From contig CAVVMW010000015.1 in the NCBI GenBank assembly GCA_963749495.1, forward strand, positions 64,001 to 128,000: a stretch of DNA of 64,000 bases, read 5' to 3'. The translations under genes were made by a program, and so were the position numbers. This document shows, piece by piece, positions 53,060 to 62,073 of this stretch. Source of the DNA: an uncultured bacterium. Its GTDB lineage: Bacteria > Verrucomicrobiota > Verrucomicrobiia > Limisphaerales > UBA8199. The notes beneath the pieces are model-generated. The model was not told where the DNA came from, did not search any database, and saw only the letters and a program-made list of their open reading frames with translations. Position 1 is the stretch's first letter. Each line of letters starts with the position of its first letter.

Positions 53060-56000
53060 ATGCGGTTGGCTTTGGTTCCCAGCATCGCAGCGTCGCTGGC
53101 CGCGCCGCTCCCGACGATGGCTGCCACATTTACGATGACACCCTCATCGGCATCCACGACACGAACTTCGACGGCCAGGACATCGTTGTGGGCAAATGTA
53201 CGCTCACGGTTGACGGGCCGCACGCCTTCGCGAGCCTTCACATCCTCGCGGGCGGGGCCTTGACCCATTCATTCTCCACCAACGGCCTGCTGAACGATCT
53301 TCTGACCGTGACCGGCGAGCGGCATGTCCTGAGTGCAACCAACCCGCCGGTGCTGGCCCAGCCGGATGTGATAGCAGGCACGATCGTGGTCACCGACCTC
53401 TCCGGCAGCACGAACTACCACCTGGGGACAGATTACCTGGTGCTCTCCAACGGGAACGCCACGAGGATCGGCCTGGCCGCCGGGTCAAGCATCCCGGACG
53501 GCGCCACAATCTCGGTGAGCTACCAAGCCTTCATCGCGTTGGTGCCAACCGGTTTGAACCTCGTGATCACCAATGGTGTCCAGGTCGAGGCCGGGGGCGC
53601 CATCAATGCGGATGGCCGGGGTTACGGCGGCGGGCTTGGGACCGGCGCGGGGACCTCCCGGGCCGTCTCGTCACCCTACGTTGTCATCTCTGGCGGGGGC
53701 GGCGGCTATGGCGGGTTGGGGGGAGCCAGTTCAGGTCTGGCGGGCGGCGGCATGGGTTACGGGTCGATCACAACCCCGACCAACAATGGCAGTGGCGGCG
53801 GCCTGGGGGCGGGACCCGGCGGCCCCGGCGGGGGCACGATCCGCCTGAGCATCGGCGGCCAATTGCAGATGGATGGGCAGATCACGGCCAACGGGGCCGA
53901 TGGCGCCAACCCTCGCTCCGGCGGCGGCTCGGGAGGAAGCATCTGGGTCAGTGCCGCATCTTACTCCGGCGCCGGTTCCATCCTGGCAAATGGCGGCGCG
54001 GGCGAACCTCGGGACGGCGGCGGCGGCGGCGGTGGCCGAATCGCGGCTTATGCCGGCGCCGCGCAGCCCGCCAGCGGTCCGTTTACAGGCACCCTGTCGG
54101 CACGAGGCGGCCCCGGCGCATCCTATGGAGGCGCCGGCACCATTTACACCCAGGGGCCGAGCCACCCGACGGGGTTGGTTCAAGTGGACAACGGCGGCCC
54201 GAAAGGGACGACCCCCCTCAGCACTGGGTCCGGTGGCTTTGAGCTGACTATAGTCGGCGGGGCGGTTGTGGCCTTGAGTTTTGCGGGCGGTCCACCACTG
54301 GGACTGAATAATGTCCTGATTGGCACGAACGGCTGGCTCTCGGGCGTGTCCGCGGGCTTGAATCCCGGCCTGGTGGCGGTGGCCGTCCTGGGCAACATGA
54401 CTATTGAGGCCGGCGGAGGCATCGTCACCGATGGCCAAGGCTATGGCGCCGGGGCCGGTTCTGGCGTCGGCGGCAGCCACCTTTCCACCACGAATGGCTC
54501 GGGCGGTGGCGGTGGGCACGGAGGATTTGGCGGCACCGGCGTCGGTGGCGCCGCCGGCGGCGGGGTTTATGGATCGGTCAGCATCCCTGAGGAGCCAGGC
54601 AGCAGCGGTGGCTCCGGGCGTCTGGGGCTGCACGGCGGCGCCGGGGGCGGAGCGGTCGTGCTGACGGTGAACGGGTTGCTGGCGCTGGACGGCACGGTCA
54701 GCGCCAACGGCACCGCCGGAACTAACCCTGGCGATGGCGGCGGGGCCGGAGGAAGCGTCTGGCTGACCGTCGGCTCGCTCTCGGGCGCGGGGGTGGTTGC
54801 CGCCAACGGCGGGCCGGGACAGTTGCCGTTTGGCGGCGGCGGCGGCGGCGGTCGAGTCGCTGTCTATTATGGAACCAACTCGTTTGCGGGCAGCCTGTCG
54901 GCCCACGGTGGCCAGGGAGCGGCTGGCGGCGGGGCTGGGACGATTTACACGAAGGACAAAGCCGCGGTGGCCGCCCGGCTTCTGGTGGATAACGGTGGCT
55001 TGCCAGCCCCGACCATCACGCCCTTGTCTCCGGTGCCGGCCCCATTTGACCTGGCCATTGTTGGCGGCGCAAAGGCCGATCCATCCGCTATCAGCACATC
55101 CCCGATGAGCAGCCTGGAGATCGGTTCCAATAGCTGGCTCACCGTCACTCACAATCAACTCTTCCAGGCAAATGCACTCACCCTCACGGTATCCAGCAAC
55201 GCGACCATCCAGGCCGGTGGAGGCATCGTCCTGGACGGTTTGGGCTATCCCGCCGGCCAGGGAACCGGGGCCGGCCATTCGCAGGGCGACAACTTCCTGT
55301 ACGGCCAAGTAGGCACGGGCGGGGGCTATGGGGGCGTTGGCGGCGCCAGCGCGTATGGCCAGGCCGGGGGCAGTTCCTATGACAGTTATTCGAAACCGCA
55401 GCAACCTGGGAGCGGTGGCGGGAACGGCGGGGGCTTCACGCCGAGCAACTCTGGCGGCGTGGGGGGCGGCGCCTTGCAGATGCGGGTGGGAGGCCGCCTT
55501 GGGCTGGATGGCATCATCTCGGCCGATGGCGCTTCAGGCACTGCCCAAGGCAGTGGCGGTGGCTCAGGCGGCAGCATCAACCTGACCGTGGGGAGCCTGT
55601 CCGGACGCGGCCTGATTTCGGCCAATGGCGGCAGTGGCGATTTGCCGTATGGGGGCGGCGGGGGCGGCGGGCGAATTACCGTGTTTTCGAGCGCAGAAAC
55701 CTCTGCATTCGCGAATTTCACGGGCAGCATGCGGCTCGAGGCGGTGCCGGAGCATCCTACGGCGGCGCAGGGACCATCTTCCTCCAACCAGGCGGTTCCT
55801 TGCCTGGACGGCTGATTATAGAAAACGGCGGTGTGCAAGGCGGCACAACGCCCGTGGTCTTGGCCTCGGTGGGTTCTATTCCGCCCAATTTGACTGTGAG
55901 CGGCGGCGCTGTGGTCTCCGTGCCCTACAGTTCATCGATCGTCAGCATTGCCAACCTCCAAATCGCCCCCAATAGCTGGCTGATCTGATCGAATTCAATA

Positions 56001-59000
56001 ACACAGTTTTTTCCGCCGGCGGTAATAACACAACGAGTTGCCCTGACAATAGTCAGCAACGCCACCATTCAAGCGGGTGGGGGCATCTCTTTGGATGGGC
56101 AAGGCTCCCCGGCGGGAGGAGGTCCGGGGGCCGGCAATAACGGGAACGGCCCGAGTTATCACCCTGGCGGCGGGGGCTACGGGGGCGCCGGGGGCGCCAG
56201 CACATATGGTGTGGGAGGGGGGGGCAAGGCCTACGGTTCGACGGCGGCCCCGGTTGATGCCGGCAGCGGCGGCTGGCCTGGTCCGGAAGAGTCATTTGGT
56301 TCTACCTTTGGCGCCGGAGGTGGAGCGCTCCAGATGACGGTGGGCGGGACGCTTGCCGTGGACGGGAAGCTCATCGCCGACGGCAATCCGGCTTTGGGAG
56401 GCGGCGGCGGCTCGGGCGGCAGCCTCTGGCTTGCGGCCCATTCGTTAACAGGCACAGGTTTGATCTCCGCCAACGGCGGGGCCGCCAATGTCCTAAGCGG
56501 CGGTGGTGGCGGCGGCGGCCGAATCGCTCTTTACTTCAAGACTAACGCGTTCAAAGGCGTCGTCTCAGCCCGCGGCGGGGCGGGCGCCAATTACGGGGGC
56601 GCAGGAACCATTTACCTCCAGGCCTCGAACAGTCCGTCATCTCAAGTCATCGTGGACAACGGCGGCGTGCGCGGATCAGGCAGCCTCCTGTCCCTCACCG
56701 GTGTTTCTCCGCTCAATGTGACGGTGAACGGTCGCGCGCAGGCCTTCCTGGTCACCTCATCTGCTATCAGCAACCTGTCGATCGGGCCGCTCAGCTCGCT
56801 CAGCTACTCCAACCCCGTAGTGCGTGCCCAAATGACCGTCTTGGGCGGCGCGACCATCCAGGTGGGAGGCGCTCTCTCGGTCGATGGCCTTGGCTATCCG
56901 GCTGGCCAAGGCCCGGGGGCGGGCAGCAACCTCCTAATCGCCGGGTTCTTGACCGGTGGCGGCGGCAGCCATGGCGGGTATGGTGATTCCAGCGCATCCG
57001 GAACAACGGGCGGGCCGGCTTACGGCTCCATCTCCTCCCCCTCGGAGAATGGCAGCGGCGGCGGGTATGGGTACAATCAGGGGACCAACAGCGGCGGCGC
57101 GGGCGGAGGCACCCTCCGCCTTACCGTCAGCGGCGCGCTCGCTTTGGACGGCAGTCTCAGCGCCAACGGAGCCGACGCCCTCGGACAAGGCGGCGGCGGC
57201 GGGGCCGGCGGCAGTCTCTCGGTGACTGTGGAGAGACTCTCGGGGTCTGGCGTCATCTCCGCCAATGGCGGCGCCGGCGATGTGCCCAACGGCGGGGGCG
57301 GCGGCGGCGGGCGCATCGCCCTCTACTGCCCGACCAACTTGTTCACGGGCACGATCGCGGCCCATGGGGGACCAGGGGCAACCTATGGTGGCGCAGGAAC
57401 GGTGTATCTCGGCAGGCCGGCCTCGACCCCGCCACGGTGCCCAAACTGCTGGTCGAGAACGGTGGCTGGGCAGGAGCCAGCACGCCGCTTGGCAGCCTGC
57501 GGAGTGTTGATCTCACCATCGGGGCCGGGGCCATGGCTACCGCGTCCAACAGCTCGATTCACAGCCTGCTCATAAACTCCAGTGGCTGGCTGAGCCAGGC
57601 GCCGCTCGGTTATGAGGGCCAGGTTGCTGGGCAGGCACTCCAGTTGACCGTCACTGGTGATGCGGCCATTCAGGCCGGGTCAGGCATCACGTTGGAGGGC
57701 ACAGGTTGGCGCCGGCCAGGGACCGGGCCGCGGTTCTTACAGCCAGAACAGCGGTGGCATCGGCAGTGGCGGCGGTTACGGCGGCCTCGGTGGGGCCGGC
57801 CTGACCAATTCGCCGGGCGGCACCTCTTACGGTTCGCTGTTGCAGCCGGCTGACCTCGGCAGCGGCGGCGGCACTTATCTCCCCGGAAATGGCGTCCCCG
57901 GCAGCGTCGGCGGCGGCGCGCTCCAACTCAAGGTGGCCGGGAGCCTGGTGCTCAACGGCAGGGTCTCGGCGGACGGGGGTGGCGCTGTCTATGAAGGCCT
58001 CGGCGGCGGCTCCGGCGGCAGCCTGTGGCTCTCGGCCGGGACCCTCTCCGGCAACGGGGTGATCTCCGCTGACGGCGGCCCCGACGACCTCCTCCAAGGC
58101 GGCGGCGGAGGCGGAGGACGCATCGCGGTCTATTTCGGCGCGAACAGGTTCACCGGCAGCCTCTCGGCCCACGGGGGTGAGGGCGCCAATGCCGGGGCCG
58201 CCGGCACGATTTACACCCGCGCCACCGCTGCGCCGTCGGGTGACCTGGCAGTGGACAATGCCGGCTTGAGCGGAGCGGACACGCCGCTCTCCACCCCTGA
58301 GACATTCAACCTCACCGTTTCCGGCGGGGCCGTGGCCTATCCGTTGCCCTCGGCCCCCGCTCTCCTGGTGTCGAATTTGCTCGTGGATTCCGGGGGAGCG
58401 TTAACTTGTTTGATTGGCCAATCCAATTTGGACCTGACGGTGCTGGGCAGTGCCATTGTCGGCTCCAACGGTTGGCTCTCAGTCGATGGCAAAGGCTACA
58501 GCGGCACCAACGGCGGACCTGGCGCCGGCCTGATGACTGGCAACTACGCCGGCAGCGGTGCCGGCTACGGCGGGGCGGGCGGCGCCAGCCTGCGCGGCAC
58601 GCCCGGCGGCGCCACTTATGGCTCGGCCCAGCAACCCGTGGACTGGGGCAGCCGGGGCGGAGTCAACCCCAGCTACACCAATTTCTGTCAAGGCGGGGGC
58701 GCTATTCGGTTGCGAGTCGGCGGCCCGCTCACCGTCAACGGCAGACTCACCGCCAACGGCAACGCGGCACTGTTCGAGGGCGCGGGGGGCGGCGCCGGCG
58801 GCAGCATTTGGGTGACCGCCAGCCAGTTCAACGGCTCCGGCCTCATCGCCGCCAAGGGCGGGTCGGGCGATCCCAATGAAGGCGGCGGGGGCGGGGGCGG
58901 ACGGATAGCCCTCTATTGCCGCACCAACAGTTTCGCCGGGGTCATCGCCGTGCTCGGTGGACCGGGAGCGTTTCCGGGTGTGAATGGAACGGTGTTCCTG

Positions 59001-59270
59001 GGTTCCTTCGTCGCGTCTCGGACCGTCCTGGCGCAATCGCCGATGGTTACCCCCGCCGCCCTGGCGCTCAGCGCCCAAGTCCAGGGACCCAACCTCCTTC
59101 TGGCCTGGCAGGGCACCGCTGGCGCCACTCATCGGTTGCTCTGGTCCTCCAACCTCGTGGATTGGCTGCCTTGCGGCCCGCCTCTCGTCGGCACCAATGG
59201 CCCCATGAGCCTCACTGTGCCTGTCGGCACCGAGCCCGGGAAGTTCTTCCGCTTCAGCACCAGCCAGTGA
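53060..59270 (+). CDS. Giant (~2070 aa) secreted glycine-rich repeat protein, broken by four frameshifts and one in-frame TGA
   Basis: Joins the signal-peptide frame and ORFs 53020, 55800, 56091, 57437 and 57657. Seven repeats contain DG.GY, GSGGG, GGS.WL and GGGGGRIA. Breaks at about 53133, 55735, 55986 (TGA), 57430 and 57705. Confidence 0.8.
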
Positions 59271-59454
59271 CCCGCCTGACGGGAAGACAAACATATCCTT
59301 GGCTTTCAGGCCAAACGCCGGACTCATACCAGCATAAGAAGAATTCTGTCTCACACACTGGATCGGGGCAAGCGGACGGGCAGAGGGAGAATTCTCCGCA
59401 GCGGCCCGAGGAACCATAGACGCGCGGAAGTTCAAGAGACTGCCGAAGCCTCTG

Positions 59455-59494
59455 CCTCTCCCCTTCCAAAAGGGGAGAGGGCCGGGGTGAGGGG
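59455..59494. repeat. Family D palindrome
   Basis: CCTCTCCCCTT..AAGGGGAGAGGGCCGGGGTGAGGGG between convergent genes. Confidence 0.85.
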
Positions 59495-59517
59495 TCCGCC
59501 GCTTGACGTTGCCGCCT

Positions 59518-60841
59518 TCACTGAGTCCCTACCCGGTAGAAGCGATAGCGGCTTGCGGCAGCTTGCGGATCGGTGATCCTCACCCGGCCACCGGGGCTGT
59601 TGGTCGCCAGCAGCGTGGTCCAACTGCCAGCCGGCAAAGTGGTGGAGGTACTCGACCGTGAAGGTCTGCCCCGGCGGGGAAGCCACGTCGAATGAGAACG
59701 TGCCGGCCGACCAGGCCGCGTTGGTGAGAACCAGCGTGCCGGTGGCGCCGCCGCCCGTGGTGGTCACCGTGAAACGAGTGAGCGTCGCGCGGAAAGCCAC
59801 GGTCGCATCCGTGGCGTTGGTCGAGCCGAGGACATTGTCGAAAGTCAGTGTGGCGGAATAGTTGGAGCCGGCTTGCAGGGTGCCGGCGGGGATTAGGGCG
59901 GACGTAGCCGTGGCTGGAAATCCATTGCTAAAAAGCATCTGGCCAGTGTGTGGATTGGAGATTTCGAGGCCAATGGAGGCAGTCGCTGCCGACGCCACAA
60001 AGGCGTCCCAATCGAGTGTGAACGGCTGGGTGGCGTCCACCGCCTGGGCGGCGGTGAAATTGGCCGCGTGGGGGACGCTGGGCTGCGTGAGGCTGGCCGG
60101 CAGGGTCACGGTCCTGGTTTGATTCGAGACAGCCGCCTGGACGTTGAAGAGGTAATCGCCGCTGGGATAGGCGGCCTGGAAGGAGGCCAGGTTCGTGCCG
60201 AACTCGAGCAGGTTGAAGTCCTCCGGCTTCGTCGGAATGCTTTGGAGGTTGGTGACGGCGCCCGTGGGCAGCGTGAGGCTAATGCTCGTGGCGGTGCGGT
60301 TGGAGGCGAGGGTGGTGAGGGCTTCGAAGGAGTAGCTGATTTCCGGATCAGGGGTGGGCGCACCGCTCCCGGCCTGGTCAAAGAACCAAAGCGTGCCGAC
60401 GCCAAAGGTGGTGATCTTGTTGGTCCCCGAACCGCCGCCGCCACCGCTGCTGCCAGTGGTGAACATGCCCGAGCTGGGCTGAAAGAGCGAATTGCCCGCC
60501 ACGTCCTGGCCCGACACGATCCAAAAAACCATGTCGTTGTTCGGGAATGGCGGTGTGGGCGTGTTCGTCATCCGAGTGCCATCGGTACTCCAGGACGCCG
60601 TGGCCGCCGGACTGCTTCCGGAGGTGTCGAAGAACTGGGCCGTGGTGAGGCTCGTGTCCATCGCCGTGCTGAAGGTGAAGACGACCGGCGCGCTCGGCGA
60701 AACGCCCGTGGCGGCATTGGCCGGGATGGTGGAGACGATGCTGGGCTGCGCCAGCGCCGCCGACAGCGGCGCCAGTCCCCCAACCAACACCAGGGCCAGG
60801 GCCGCGCGCCAGGCACGGTCGCGATGAGCAAGGAATTTCAT
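59518..60841 (-). CDS. Secreted protein with an N-terminal Ig-like (Big_5-type) domain and a C-terminal RFYR domain (frameshift near 59648)
   Basis: Signal peptide; P.NAATGVSP..PVVFTFS.AMD motif. The corrected tail reads VEYSTTLPAGSWTTLLATNS...DP...RYRFYRVGTQ*. Confidence 0.8.
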
Positions 60842-60970
60842 GTTCATATTGTCAAACGTGAGTGCTTTCCAGTCAACTCGATTTGTTCACATGGCGGCCC
60901 ACGCATCTCGACAGTGTTAATGCCCACCTCCACGGCAAGACCAGCCGATTGTCGCGTTTCCGAAATTGGC

Positions 60971-61135
60971 GTGAAACACTCGATCTTCCTCTGCTGCGGG
61001 CTGGCCCTGACGCCAGCGCCCTTGAGCCTCTCCGCCGCAACCCTCACCAACGTCCCCGTGCAAGGCGCCATGATCATGGCCATGGCCAGTTGCCACGCGG
61101 ACAACCGGTTCTTCCGCCTCCGCCGCGTGCAATGA
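60971..61135 (+). pseudogene. Probable internally deleted secreted-protein gene
   Basis: 54 aa: a signal peptide and [16 protein letters not shown] joined directly to a terminal [14 protein letters not shown] overlap with the next ORF. Confidence 0.5.
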
Positions 61136-61440
61136 AAACTCAACGCTTGTTCGTCGCCGCAGGACCAACGCCCCGGAGCGCGTCTCCGGGCCTGCGGCGA
61201 CGGGGCCACGGGCCGGGAAAACTCCCGGCCTTCACGCTCAACGAATTGCTCGTCGTCATCGCCATTATCGCGCTGCTGGCGGCGATGCTCTTGCCGGCGC
61301 TCGCAAAGGCCAAGGAGTGGGCGCGCTCGGCCAAGTGCCTGGCCCAGTTGCGCCAGATCGGGCTGGGCGTCCGGCTCTACGCCGATGCCAACGGGGCACA
61401 GAATCTCTTACGCATTGACAGGCCCTTCGGTGCGCACTAG
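61132..61440 (+). pseudogene. Truncated prepilin-type (DUF1559-style) protein
   Basis: [30 protein letters not shown]....C...LRQIGL....YA. Similarity ends near 61392. Confidence 0.75.
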
Positions 61441-61443
61441 TCT
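61415..61443 (+). promoter_or_regulatory. Sigma70-like promoter
   Basis: TTGACA-N17-TAGTCT, 10 nt before the ATG at 61454. Confidence 0.65.
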
Positions 61444-61453
61444 AGATCGTGTC

Positions 61454-61837
61454 ATGGGCCACACGCACATCACCGTCTCAGTCTCGAACCTGCAGAGGTC
61501 CAATCCGCCCTACACGGCCTCGTTCCTCGTAGATACGGGCGCGATAGTCTGTCTTGCGCCGGGCAACCTGCTGCGGGAAGCCGGAATCGAGCCGGAAGGA
61601 CGGGAGGCCTACGAACTGGCGAACGGCACGCCGGTCGAATACGACTATGGCTTCGCGCGGCTCAGCTTCATGGGCTCGGATACGGTCACCAAGATCATCT
61701 TCGGCCCAGCCGGGGTCGAACCCCTGCTCGGCGTTACGGCGTTGGAGAGCGTGGGCATCGGTGTCAACCCGGTCACGCAAACCCTCAAGCGCTACGCGGC
61801 GCTCCCCCTGAAGGCCAACGGGCGCATCACGCGGTGA
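61454..61837 (+). CDS. Clan AA (retropepsin-like) aspartic protease
   Basis: FLVDTGA, LANG and PLLGVTALE motifs. Confidence 0.9.
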   Translation: MGHTHITVSVSNLQRSNPPYTASFLVDTGAIVCLAPGNLLREAGIEPEGREAYELANGTPVEYDYGFARLSFMGSDTVTKIIFGPAGVEPLLGVTALESVGIGVNPVTQTLKRYAALPLKANGRITR

Positions 61838-62073
61838 GGCGCCGAGTCTCCAGATAACTTACTTTGAATGACTTTGGTGCCGCTGGAAGCAAAAATGGGT
61901 CCCGAGAGTCCGCGGTAATCTGCCCAGACGAACGTGCCGTCGTGGTTGGCTTGCGCGCGATTCCCGGCGGCGAAGCCCCAGACGCCTCGTCCGCGCGTTT
62001 CTGGTTGCGGCGCACGCGCGGACGAGGCGTCCGCGCTCGTATGCGGCGGTGCTTTTCGGGGCGGCCTGAACAC

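Noticed and set aside
55986..55988. Selenocysteine or recoded TGA in the Gly-rich gene
   Set aside because: It lies in a variable linker with no Cys or redox context, TGA is a normal stop for many genes here, and the gene has other lesions.
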